From an uncultured delta proteobacterium (lineage in GTDB: Bacteria > Myxococcota_A > Polyangia > Polyangiales > Houyiibacteriaceae): DNA of 64,000 nucleotides. Both the position numbers and the translations under genes were made by a program. The DNA lies in NCBI GenBank assembly GCA_963699755.1, contig CAVOVB010000001.1, positions 1,024,001-1,088,000 on the forward strand, in the 5' to 3' direction. The notes beneath the pieces were generated by a model. It made no database searches. It saw nothing but the letters and a program-made list of their open reading frames with translations, and was not told where the DNA came from. Shown here piece by piece: positions 17,150-26,215 of this stretch (the stretch's first letter is position 1; each line of letters starts with the position of its first letter).

Positions 17150-18090
17150 GAAAGCCTCACCCTCGGGTCGACGAGCCCGTACGCCAAGTCGACGATCAGA
17201 TTCACGCCGACGTAGATCACCGCGATGATCAGGACGCAGCCTTGCACTACTGGGATGTCTCGAGCGAAGAACGCATCGAGAAAGAGGGTGCCAAGCCCGG
17301 GCCGTTCGAAAATCTTCTCGGTCACGACCGTCCCAGAAAGCAGTGCGCCGAGCTGGGCCGCGCCGATGGTCATGACGGGCAGGAGCGCGTTTCGAAGTGC
17401 GTGGCGGAGCAGCAAGGCTACGGAAGGGACCCCTCGAGCACGGGCAGCGGTGATGTACTGTTGGGCCAGCACCTCGATCATCGCGGCTCGGGTCTGGCGC
17501 GTCAGGATGGCGGCAAGCGCCGTACCGATCGTGATCGCGGGTAAAATCAGGGCCTCGGGGCCGGCCAGGTCATCCCCGGGCAGGGGCAGCCAACGAAGCT
17601 TCACGCCGAACGCGAGAATCAGCAGAGGTCCCAGCCAGATGTTGGGGATCGCCAATCCCGCGACGGCAACCGTCGAGGCGATCTTGTCCCAGCCCTTGCC
17701 GGCCTGGGCCGCGGCGATCGTGCCGAGCGGGATCGCGACGAACCAGGCCACCGACAAGGCGGCGATCGCCAAGAGAATCGTGTCGGGCAAGACCTCGCGC
17801 ATCATCGACCAGACCGAGCGATCGGGCTGCCTAAACGAGTCCCCCATGCTCCCATCGGCCATGTCGCCGAGGAACGATAGGTACTGCTCCCCCACCGGCC
17901 GGTCGAGATCGAGTGCGCGTCGGAGCTCGGCCTTCTCTTCCGGGCCCGCCTGGTCACCTAGAATCGCTTCGACCGGGTCACCTGGGATGAGGCGCACGAG
18001 CAGGAAGACGATCGTCACCAGCCCGACGACGGTCAAGACTGCGCGCACGAGGCGACCCGCAAGATAGCGCAAGAGGCCCGGAGACATCAT
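17146..18090 (-). CDS. peptide/nickel ABC transporter permease (DppB-like)
   Basis: Motifs PGDP, YITAARARG, HALRNALLP and EKIFERPGLG. Start taken at ATG 18090, 7 nt after TACTAT. Confidence 0.92.
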   Translation of the reverse strand: MMSPGLLRYLAGRLVRAVLTVVGLVTIVFLLVRLIPGDPVEAILGDQAGPEEKAELRRALDLDRPVGEQYLSFLGDMADGSMGDSFRQPDRSVWSMMREVLPDTILLAIAALSVAWFVAIPLGTIAAAQAGKGWDKIASTVAVAGLAIPNIWLGPLLILAFGVKLRWLPLPGDDLAGPEALILPAITIGTALAAILTRQTRAAMIEVLAQQYITAARARGVPSVALLLRHALRNALLPVMTIGAAQLGALLSGTVVTEKIFERPGLGTLFLDAFFARDIPVVQGCVLIIAVIYVGVNLIVDLAYGLVDPRVRLS

Positions 18091-18143
18091 CCGGACCATA
18101 GTACGCTCAATCGCCGTTGGCGTGGGTTTCCTGTCGAGCGGCG

Positions 18144-18623
18144 CTACATGCCAGCGTCGACCTCAACTACCGATTCCAGGGCTTCCGGATTGACGCCCGG
18201 GTCCAGGGCCACGCAGATTTTAGATTCGGCCCTGGTGCGATTGAGGTCGACGATGCGGGCAACCCGCTCGTCCAAAGGGAGGCTGGGATCGTACTTGCCA
18301 TCTCGCGTGATGCCGCTCGGGAAAGCGCAGGAATATTCGCTGCGGCCGCAGTTCGCGTTGCTGCCGCAGGTCTTCATGCACCAGGTTTCCGCGGTGCGGC
18401 TCGGGATGAACCGCCACTCGACGCAGGCCCCTTCCGGACAGGTGTCAGGGTCACAAGCAAAGATTGTGCAGTAGCCGCCAGGCTGAGAAAGGTCGCACTG
18501 CCGCTCGCCTGTGACCGAGCAATCGGTGGAATTGCCGCAGCCATCGCCAATGTGCATTTTACACCCGCTCAGCGCAAGCAGCGCAACAAAGGCCGACAAT
18601 AGGATCGTCGCGGCTCGCATCAT
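18144..18623 (-). CDS. Cys-rich lipoprotein, hypothetical
   Basis: Signal peptide with lipobox LSGC, followed by 12 further Cys including GGYC. This is the C-terminal part of track ORF 18144..20369. Confidence 0.8.
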   Translation of the reverse strand: MMRAATILLSAFVALLALSGCKMHIGDGCGNSTDCSVTGERQCDLSQPGGYCTIFACDPDTCPEGACVEWRFIPSRTAETWCMKTCGSNANCGRSEYSCAFPSGITRDGKYDPSLPLDERVARIVDLNRTRAESKICVALDPGVNPEALESVVEVDAGM

Positions 18624-18704
18624 TCGCGGCGGAGCATACGGGACCGGCACCGTGATCGCCAATCGCTCTGCGTCGGCGTCAATGGGTGTTAGATTCCCCA
18701 AAGG

Positions 18705-20819
18705 TTGAGACGTTTTTGGCTGGGGGTGGGGTTTGTGTTCCTTGTCGGCGCTGGGGCGTGGGCTGCCGATGGGCTCGAACGCGTCGCGAGCCTGGTCCGA
18801 GCCGGCGACGAGCGTGGAGCACTCGAGCAGATCGCCCTCCTGCCCGAGCAGCAGCGGGAAGAGGATGCCTTGCGCTATCTCGAGGGGCGCCTGCTCGTGG
18901 CGGTCGGCCGCTCGTGCGAGGCGATGGCGACGCTTGCACGAGCTCCCTCGAGCCTTCCGGGGTCGATCCGCGAGGACTGGCTGCAACGCTGGGCGATCGC
19001 TGCGGCGCAATGCGGACACTGCGCCGAAGCACGTCCGCTGCTCCTGGGCGCAAGCTCGACGAATCCGGCCATCACTCGACGCAATCGAGCGATTGCTGCC
19101 GATTGCGCAGTCCAGCTCGGCGAGCTCGAGACAGGCGCCGAAGAGCTCTCGAGCTTGACGCAATCGAAGAGTGGAGTCAGCAACCGAGTAGCTCTGCTCG
19201 CCGTCTTGTCGGACGTTTACATCGAGCTCCAGCGCCCCGACGATGCACAGAAGGCGGCGCTCGAGGCTTGGAAAACAGCGGTCCACCCGGGCCAGCAAAC
19301 GGCGGCGCGCAAATTGGAAGAACGCGCATCGCCGAGCCTTGCCGATCGAATCGACCGTGCCGAGGAAATGGTCGAAGCACTGCGTTTTGAAAAGGCCGTC
19401 GAGGAGCTCGAAGCGATCAAGCTCGAAGCAGACTCGGCGCTCTGGGCTCGCTGGCAGCACGTCTACGGGATGGCGCTCTTTCGTACGCGCAAGCGCTACC
19501 TGGATGCGGCGCGCGTTCTTCACCGCTCGGCATTGCTCGGCGGCCCGACCGAGATCGAAGACGCTTTCCATTCGGCACGAGCTCTGTCGCGCGCCGATCA
19601 GGACGCGCGCGCGATACGCTCGTACCGGCGGTTCGCCCAACGCTACCCTCGCGACAGGCGCGCGCCCAAGGCCCGCTTCCTGGCTGCCTGGCTCGAGGTC
19701 CGTCTCGGCCGCGCCAACGGTGAGAAGCAAATGGAAAAGCTGGTACGCGGGAAGTCCCAAGTGCGCGGCCAATGGCGCCGCTCCGCACTCTGGGAGCTCG
19801 GCTTTCGCGCATTCGAAACGCGTCGATATGCTCGAGCGGCGCGGTTCCTGACTCAGTACACCGCGCTCACGACCAGCGCAATGGACAGAGCGCGGGGCTT
19901 CTATTGGCTGGGCCGTGCCTATCGGCGCGGTCCCAGGGCGCTCGAGGCATACCGCGAGGCGATCGCCGTCGAGCCCTTGCATTGGTATGCTGTCTTGGCA
20001 GCCCAGCGCCTCAAACGACTCGAGGTCGAACCCCCGGAGCCCTTTGAAAATGCGGTCTCTCCAAGCTCTCTCGAGGTTCCCGAGGACCCGCTGCCGCTGC
20101 CGCTGACCTTCGAGTTCTATCGTCGCCTCGGCCTCGATCTCGACGGCATCGCCTGGCTGAATGCGCACGAGAACACGCTCGTTGCGGAGCGCCCGAAGTC
20201 GCAGCGCATTCCGCTCCTGGCCAAGCTCTATCGCGATGCGGGCGCCTATCGAGAAGCGCTTCTCGTGGCTCGCCGGCGCATGGTCTACCTGCAGAGCGAC
20301 CCTGCCGCCCACCGCTGGTGGTGGGATGCCGCGTACCCGATGCCCTGGCGCTCGATCGTGGACGAGCATCGAGCGGAGCTGCCACGCGCGCTAATCTACG
20401 CGACCATGCGTCAGGAAAGCGGCTTCCGTCCGGATGTGGTCAGTCGCGCCGGTGCCGTAGGGCTCATGCAGTTGATGCCGGAGCTCGCAAGCAAGCTAGC
20501 CGGCAGCGCGGTCACGCGACCGATGCTACGCGTACCCGAAACCAACATCGCTCTCGGACTCCAAGAAATGGCCGCGCTCGCCGCAGAGTTCGATCAGGTG
20601 TACCCGCTGAGCATCGCTGCCTACAACGCGGGCAAGAGCCGCGTGAGGCGCTGGATCAAGGAAAGCCAAAAGATGGAGCTCGACCGCTTCGTCGAACGCA
20701 TCCCGTTCAACGAAACGCGCAACTACGTGCGTCGCGTCAGCACCCACTACGCACGCTACTCTTACTTGGATGATCCGGCATCGGGCTGGCCAGAGCTACC
20801 CGCCTTCGTTAACCCTTGA
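18705..20819 (+). CDS. Slt70-like lytic transglycosylase with a TPR-like superhelix
   Basis: Signal peptide, TPR-like helices, and SLT motifs MRQESGF, GLMQLMP, AAYNAG and ETRNYV. Confidence 0.9.
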   Translation: MRRFWLGVGFVFLVGAGAWAADGLERVASLVRAGDERGALEQIALLPEQQREEDALRYLEGRLLVAVGRSCEAMATLARAPSSLPGSIREDWLQRWAIAAAQCGHCAEARPLLLGASSTNPAITRRNRAIAADCAVQLGELETGAEELSSLTQSKSGVSNRVALLAVLSDVYIELQRPDDAQKAALEAWKTAVHPGQQTAARKLEERASPSLADRIDRAEEMVEALRFEKAVEELEAIKLEADSALWARWQHVYGMALFRTRKRYLDAARVLHRSALLGGPTEIEDAFHSARALSRADQDARAIRSYRRFAQRYPRDRRAPKARFLAAWLEVRLGRANGEKQMEKLVRGKSQVRGQWRRSALWELGFRAFETRRYARAARFLTQYTALTTSAMDRARGFYWLGRAYRRGPRALEAYREAIAVEPLHWYAVLAAQRLKRLEVEPPEPFENAVSPSSLEVPEDPLPLPLTFEFYRRLGLDLDGIAWLNAHENTLVAERPKSQRIPLLAKLYRDAGAYREALLVARRRMVYLQSDPAAHRWWWDAAYPMPWRSIVDEHRAELPRALIYATMRQESGFRPDVVSRAGAVGLMQLMPELASKLAGSAVTRPMLRVPETNIALGLQEMAALAAEFDQVYPLSIAAYNAGKSRVRRWIKESQKMELDRFVERIPFNETRNYVRRVSTHYARYSYLDDPASGWPELPAFVNP

Positions 20820-20820
20820 T

Positions 20821-20848
20821 TTGCCAGCCCTGACGTTTTCGATAGACT
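20821..20848 (+). promoter_or_regulatory. putative sigma70 promoter for the PP2C-DUF2505 pair
   Basis: TTGCCA-N16-TAGACT. Confidence 0.45.
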
Positions 20849-20930
20849 GGTTCCAACGATTTGGGTTGCCCGCGATGGGACCGAAGGCCAAGAGATGGTC
20901 GGATCACCCTAGAGGGGCACGAGAATACGG

Positions 20931-21704
20931 ATGAACTTCATAGCTGCAGGGCTCTCTGACGTTGGACTACAGCGAGAGCACAACGAGGATAGCTACTGCA
21001 TCCTGTCGGAGCATCGCTTGTTCGTCGTTGCCGACGGGATGGGCGGCCACCGAGCCGGTGATGTTGCAAGCCGTATGGCGACGTCGGAGATGACAGCCTT
21101 CTTCGACGCGGCGGATGCGGACGGTCAAGGTGTGCAATGGCACGGCAAAGACGAGTTGCGCATGACACCTGACCAACGTCGCCTCGTGTCGGCTGTGAAG
21201 CTCGCCAACCAGCGAATTTTCCAAACGTCGGTTCGCAACCACTCGGTTCAAGGGATGGGGACCACGGTGGTCGGTGCCTTGTTCAACCGAAACGAGCGCA
21301 AGATCAACGTTGCGCACGTCGGCGACAGCAGGGCCTATCGGGTCCGCGCTGGCAAGATCACCCAGCTCACTCGAGATCATTCCCTATTGAATGACTACTT
21401 GCTCGTCATGCCAAACCTTTCGGATGCACAAAAGGAGCGACTTCCTAGCAATGTGATCACGCGCGCCCTCGGAATGCAGCAGGCGGTCGCCGTGGATCTG
21501 TCGGTCGAAAGCGTCGAGCCGGGGGACGTCTACGTGCTCTGTTCCGATGGCCTCAACGGGATGGTGAGCGATGATCGAATCTGCGAAATCGTACACGAGG
21601 CCGGCGCAGACGTTGAGACGGCCGCAAAGACTTTGATTTCCCAAGCCAATCAGAACGGGGGCGAGGACAACATCACTGTCGTCGTCGTTCGGATCACCGA
21701 ATAG
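20931..21704 (+). CDS. PP2C-family Ser/Thr protein phosphatase
   Basis: Motifs REHNED, VADGMGGH, GMGTT, HVGDSRAY, LCSDGL and GGEDNIT. Confidence 0.95.
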   Translation: MNFIAAGLSDVGLQREHNEDSYCILSEHRLFVVADGMGGHRAGDVASRMATSEMTAFFDAADADGQGVQWHGKDELRMTPDQRRLVSAVKLANQRIFQTSVRNHSVQGMGTTVVGALFNRNERKINVAHVGDSRAYRVRAGKITQLTRDHSLLNDYLLVMPNLSDAQKERLPSNVITRALGMQQAVAVDLSVESVEPGDVYVLCSDGLNGMVSDDRICEIVHEAGADVETAAKTLISQANQNGGEDNITVVVVRITE

Positions 21705-21706
21705 AC

Positions 21707-22201
21707 ATGCCGAAGAATTTCGCGATCCGGCAACTGCTGGACTGCTCGGAACAAGAATTCTGGGACCAGATCTTTCGCAGCGAAGATTTCAATCACTACT
21801 TGTACGAGGGCCTAGGCTTCGAGTACGAGCTTCAGGAATGGAATCCGGAAACCGGCTACCGGCGAGCGAGGGTCTGGCCTGCGCAGCAGATGCCGCGAGC
21901 CGTCGCAAGAGTTCTCGGCGATCGCTTCAGCTACATCGAAGAAGGCAAGCTCGACTCATCGACCAGGCGCTACGAGTTCATCGTCATTCCCTCGACCATC
22001 GCCGACAGGATTCGAGTGACCGGGACCGTGAGCATCGAGCCGGTCTCGCCCGAGCAGTGCGAACGCTGCGTGAGACTCGACATCGGCGCGGACGTTCTCG
22101 GCTTCGGCCGCCTCATCGAAACGTACTTCGCCGCTGCGACTCGGGCGCAGTACGCGAAGAACGCGGCGCTGGTCAACGATTATCTAGCAGGGCGGCGTTA
22201 G
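21707..22201 (+). CDS. DUF2505-like (START/SRPBCC-like) protein
   Basis: Size 164 aa and pattern (FW..IF, YIEEG, G.GRLIE) recall DUF2505. Starts 2 bp after the PP2C gene. Confidence 0.6.
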   Translation: MPKNFAIRQLLDCSEQEFWDQIFRSEDFNHYLYEGLGFEYELQEWNPETGYRRARVWPAQQMPRAVARVLGDRFSYIEEGKLDSSTRRYEFIVIPSTIADRIRVTGTVSIEPVSPEQCERCVRLDIGADVLGFGRLIETYFAAATRAQYAKNAALVNDYLAGRR

Positions 22202-23907
22202 CGGCCAGCTGGTCGTCCGCCTTTTCGGGGATCGCTTGCGGCGTCGAGCCGCTGTTCTGCGGATTGTTCGATTTGAATGAGTTGTACGTTTGCAACGTTG
22301 TGAATCGGCTCTACTTCGTGACCGCGAGCGATGAGCGCGTCTCGTAGCTCCGGGTCCAAAGGAGCAAGGTCCTCCACGCGAAGCGTTTCGGGCACTCCCT
22401 GATGATGAATGCGGGGCGCTGCCACGGCCTGCGCTGCGTTCATGTGTTGCAGCAAGACGTTCATGGCTACCTGCTCGGTGGCGGTGACGATCCGGCTTCC
22501 GCCGGACGCGCCCACGCAGAGCACGGGACGGCCGTTCTCGAGCACGATCGTGGGGGACATCGTCGATACTGGACGCTTCCAAGGTCCTGGCATGTTCCGG
22601 GCCCCACCCACGAGGCCGAAGGCATTTGCTTCTCCGATACCGCTCGCGAAGTCGTCCATCTCGTCGTTCATGACGATTCCCCCGCCCGTGAAACGGGCCC
22701 CAAAAGGCAGGTTAACCGTCGTCGTCACCGAGGCCACATTCCCCTCGGCGTCGACGACGCAAAGATGAGAGGTGCCAGCGTGGTCCGGCGCACTGACCTT
22801 GGCTCCTGCCCATTCGATTGGCATGTCGTAGGCGGAGCTCGGGTGAGCTCGGCCGTCCGCGGCGAGCTTGGCGCGCGCGTCGATCCGCGACTCGTTCATC
22901 ATCTTGTCGAGCGGTAAGATCACCTGGTCTGGGTCACCGAAGTAGCGCTGGCGATCGACGAACGGCCCCTTCCACGACTCGGCCATCGCGTGCAGCAGGG
23001 CTTCACCAGCGATCGGTTTCGAGCCGACCACCCGCTCGAGAATGGAGAGGCTTTGGATCATCGTGAATCCGCCGGCGCTCGGCGGAGGCGCGGTCACCCA
23101 GCGGTATCCGAATGCGTTTGCCGCCAGCGGCTCCCGAGTCCGTACTCTGTACGCTCGCAGGTCCTGCAAGGTCATGATTCCGCCGTGTTCCTGAACCGAT
23201 GCAGCGATCTCCTGGCCGATGACACCGCCATAGATCACGGCCGCGCCTTTCTCGGCAAAGGCGCGGAGCACTCGGGCTAGGCCCGGACGTCGCAAGATCG
23301 AGCCGGGCCGCAGGTCCCAGCTCGCCATGATCGGATCCTTTTTCAACTGAACCGCGAAGGCGCTTCCCATGGCGCCGAGCGCTTTGCTCACCTCGGAACC
23401 CTGCTCGGCGAGTCGTAGCGCAGGCGCAACGACCTCGCGCAGCGGCAGCTTACCGAAGCGCTCGACCAGGGCCACGATGCCAGCGGGCTCTCCAGGAACC
23501 CCGACCGCGAGGCCCCCGAGCTGTGACGGAGAGCTTGCAGGGCCTTCAGGTCGCTCGCCTTCGACCTCGAACATCGTCCGGCTCGCGGCGCGGGGAGCGC
23601 GCTCACGGAAGTCGAGGAAGGTCAGCGAACCGTCCGCGGCCCTGTAGTAGAGAGCGAACCCCCCACCGCCTAGGCCGCTGCTTGCGGGGTTGACCGCACC
23701 GAGGGCAAGCATCGTGGCGGCCGCTGCGTCGGCGGCGTTTCCTCCCGCAGCGAGAATTTCAGCACCTGCCTCCGAGGCCTCCACGTGATCCGCCGCGACC
23801 GCCTCCCGCTTGAAAATCGCGGCGTGCTCCGGCGGAAAGCCGACCGCCAGGCCCGTCATCAGCAACGCTGAAACACAGCCAAGCGCAATGGATAGCCAGC
23901 GTTTCAT
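22198..23907 (-). CDS. ggt: gamma-glutamyltransferase (periplasmic)
   Basis: Signal peptide, GGNAADAA, SGLGGGGF, DFRERAP, the nucleophile motif GTSHL, NDEMDDF and GASGGSRI. Confidence 0.95.
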   Translation of the reverse strand: MKRWLSIALGCVSALLMTGLAVGFPPEHAAIFKREAVAADHVEASEAGAEILAAGGNAADAAAATMLALGAVNPASSGLGGGGFALYYRAADGSLTFLDFRERAPRAASRTMFEVEGERPEGPASSPSQLGGLAVGVPGEPAGIVALVERFGKLPLREVVAPALRLAEQGSEVSKALGAMGSAFAVQLKKDPIMASWDLRPGSILRRPGLARVLRAFAEKGAAVIYGGVIGQEIAASVQEHGGIMTLQDLRAYRVRTREPLAANAFGYRWVTAPPPSAGGFTMIQSLSILERVVGSKPIAGEALLHAMAESWKGPFVDRQRYFGDPDQVILPLDKMMNESRIDARAKLAADGRAHPSSAYDMPIEWAGAKVSAPDHAGTSHLCVVDAEGNVASVTTTVNLPFGARFTGGGIVMNDEMDDFASGIGEANAFGLVGGARNMPGPWKRPVSTMSPTIVLENGRPVLCVGASGGSRIVTATEQVAMNVLLQHMNAAQAVAAPRIHHQGVPETLRVEDLAPLDPELRDALIARGHEVEPIHNVANVQLIQIEQSAEQRLDAASDPRKGGRPAGR

Positions 23908-23955
23908 CGTTCCCACCTTGCCTCCAAAGCAGCCCCGGTGCTACCGAAGAGCCTC

Positions 23956-24909
23956 ATGCACTTCGTCTTCGTCATGGACCCAGTGTCGACCGTCATCGTC
24001 GACGAGGATACCAGCTTCATCCTGATGCTCGAATCACAGGCGCGAGGTCATCGTGTCGACCACTGCTTGGCAAGTGACGTAGGCCTTCGTGGCCGTCGAG
24101 TGGTCGCGCGGGTCCGTAGGGCGACCATGCAGCTCGACGCGAAGGAACCGATCCGATTGGGCAAGGCCGAAGACATCGACTTGGTGGATGTCGATGCGGT
24201 ATTCGTCCGAAAGGACCCGCCATTCACCGATGCGTACCTCTGGCTGACGCTCGTGCTCGATCACCTGGAGGGCAGCACCCTGGTGGTCAATGACCCAAGA
24301 GGCCTCCGCGAGGCCAACGAGAAGCTCTATGCCCACCACTTTCCAGAGATCGTCCCAGCGACGATCATGACGAGTCACAAGGACGAGATCCTTCGATTCC
24401 TGAGTGACATGGGCGGCAAGGCCGTGATCAAACCGATCGATGGTCACGGTGGCGAAGGTGTGTTCCTTCTCAGCAATGGGGACAGCAACCTCAACGCGCT
24501 GATCGAATCGGTGACCCATCTAGGCGCGAGGAATGCGATCGTGCAAGCGTTGATCCCCGAGGTGTACGAAGAGGGGGACAAGCGAATTCTGCTCGTTGAC
24601 GGCGAGATCCTCGGCGTTGTCGGACGTGTCCCGAGCAAAGGCGACCTTCGGAGCAATGTGCACGTTGGAGGGTCTGCGGCGCCGGCCGAGGTCAGTGATG
24701 CGGATCGAGAGATCGTCGAAACGATCGCGCCGCGTCTGCGTTCCGATCGGCTCTTTTTCGTGGGCCTCGATGTGATTGGCGGCAAGCTCATCGAGGTGAA
24801 CGTCACCAGCCCAACGCTCCTTCAGCAGATGTCACGCCTCGTCGGAGAGAACCTTTCCGCGATCGTCATCGATCGGCTCGAAGAGAAGGTCCGCGCCTAC
24901 CCGAGCTGA
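23956..24909 (+). CDS. gshB: glutathione synthetase
   Basis: Motifs FVMDP, RKDPPF, NEKLY, KPIDGHGG, GDKRI, RSN, GLDVIG and EVNVTSPT. Confidence 0.95.
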   Translation: MHFVFVMDPVSTVIVDEDTSFILMLESQARGHRVDHCLASDVGLRGRRVVARVRRATMQLDAKEPIRLGKAEDIDLVDVDAVFVRKDPPFTDAYLWLTLVLDHLEGSTLVVNDPRGLREANEKLYAHHFPEIVPATIMTSHKDEILRFLSDMGGKAVIKPIDGHGGEGVFLLSNGDSNLNALIESVTHLGARNAIVQALIPEVYEEGDKRILLVDGEILGVVGRVPSKGDLRSNVHVGGSAAPAEVSDADREIVETIAPRLRSDRLFFVGLDVIGGKLIEVNVTSPTLLQQMSRLVGENLSAIVIDRLEEKVRAYPS

Positions 24910-24912
24910 AGC

Positions 24913-25266
24913 TCAGCTCGAGGCGATTCGGACTGCTGCGGAAGCTCCGGCACCTGCGATCGCTGCCACCGCCACCGCCACCAGGAGTGAGACCGTCGGG
25001 CTCATCAAGTCCAGGCCGTCGAGGATGAGCCCGGTCATCCCGAAGAACGAGACAAAGAAGGTCCAGAACCTCCGCGATCGCACTGTCCGCGCGAAATAGT
25101 CACCACCCGCCACCCCGTCGAGCTGACCGAACTGACTCGCACGGGTCGTGTCGTCGTGTGCTCGCGTCTGATCGTCCGAATCAACGCGCTTCTCGCCGAG
25201 GAAGAGCGCTGAGCCGAGGAGCACGGCTCCGAGCACCAGGGACAGAATGTAGACGTTGATGAGCAT
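24913..25266 (-). CDS. small membrane protein resembling the N-terminal TM part of NfeD/YuaF-like proteins
   Basis: Three hydrophobic segments and the motif SRRFWTFFVSFFGMTGL. ATG 25266 lies 16 bp after the PMK stop. Confidence 0.55.
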   Translation of the reverse strand: MLINVYILSLVLGAVLLGSALFLGEKRVDSDDQTRAHDDTTRASQFGQLDGVAGGDYFARTVRSRRFWTFFVSFFGMTGLILDGLDLMSPTVSLLVAVAVAAIAGAGASAAVRIASS

Positions 25267-25282
25267 TCGAAGCTTCCCAGCA

Positions 25283-26215
25283 TCAAAAGGCTTGCACGCC
25301 AATTGCGCCCCAGGAGACCTCGATAGGATGCAGCCCTTCGTCTTTGCAGGCCAGCTCAAACCGGTTCGCAGCAGCCCGGTCGATGAAGAATGCGATGGCG
25401 ACGTCTCCGCCGCCGGCGCCGCAAGGCTTCGCGCTCCCTGAAAATCCGGCTGCAAGCTCGGCAGCACGCCTCAGCCGGGCATCGAGGATGGGGGCGCCAG
25501 CCGACTGCCCCAGCATGCCCATGGTAGCAGCGTAGGAGGCCGCCTCGGCAACGACCGCCGGCGCATTGCCGCTCTCGAAGGCGGATGCGAATCGAGCCGA
25601 GATCTCTGAAAGCCGGTCCATGCACTCGCGATACCGGCGCGGGTCCCTGCGTCGGAGCGCATTCACATGTTTGACGAGCTCGCTGGTTCGTGCGGCGTGC
25701 CCCGTCCAAACGAGGGAAATTTCCAACTCGTCTGGGCACCGAAGGGCATGTGTGTCCACTCGATCGCCGTGCCGCTCGAACCTCAGGAATCCCCCGAAGG
25801 CCGAGGCCGCAACGTCGACGCCACTGCCTTGCGGAGCGATCGAGGAATGACCTTCCAAGGCGCAGGCGAAGACTTGCTGCAAGGTGTCTGGGTGGGTCAG
25901 ATCGTAGCCATGCGACGCGAAGACCGCTGCGGCCGCGCCGACGGCGGCGGCTGCGGATGAGCCCAAGCCGAGCTTGATGCGATCCTGATAGAGGTCGCTG
26001 GCGTGCACGCGCAGCGACCGGCCGACGGGACCGAGCGCAGCTCGCGCAACTGCAAGCGTGGTCTCAACCTCTGGTGGCATCGCCGAGCGATCCTCGATCC
26101 AGGTTACCGTGACGCGCCGATCGACCGCCGCGACGACCGCGGGCGCACCTTCGAGCACTGCGTATTCCCCACAAAGCAGTGCCTTCCCCGGTGCACTCGC
26201 ACCCCTCAGGGTCAC
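25283..26215 (-). CDS. phosphomevalonate kinase (GHMP family)
   Basis: Motifs APGKALLCGEYAVL, KLGLGSSAA, GSGVDVAAS and KPCGAGGGD. In an operon with mvk and mvaD. Confidence 0.85.
   Translation of the reverse strand: MTLRGASAPGKALLCGEYAVLEGAPAVVAAVDRRVTVTWIEDRSAMPPEVETTLAVARAALGPVGRSLRVHASDLYQDRIKLGLGSSAAAAVGAAAAVFASHGYDLTHPDTLQQVFACALEGHSSIAPQGSGVDVAASAFGGFLRFERHGDRVDTHALRCPDELEISLVWTGHAARTSELVKHVNALRRRDPRRYRECMDRLSEISARFASAFESGNAPAVVAEAASYAATMGMLGQSAGAPILDARLRRAAELAAGFSGSAKPCGAGGGDVAIAFFIDRAAANRFELACKDEGLHPIEVSWGAIGVQAF

Noticed and set aside
18624..20369. Upstream ~580 codons of the 741-aa minus-strand ORF
   Set aside because: It is the antisense shadow of the Slt gene. Only the part from ATG 18623, with signal peptide and lipobox, looks like a real protein.
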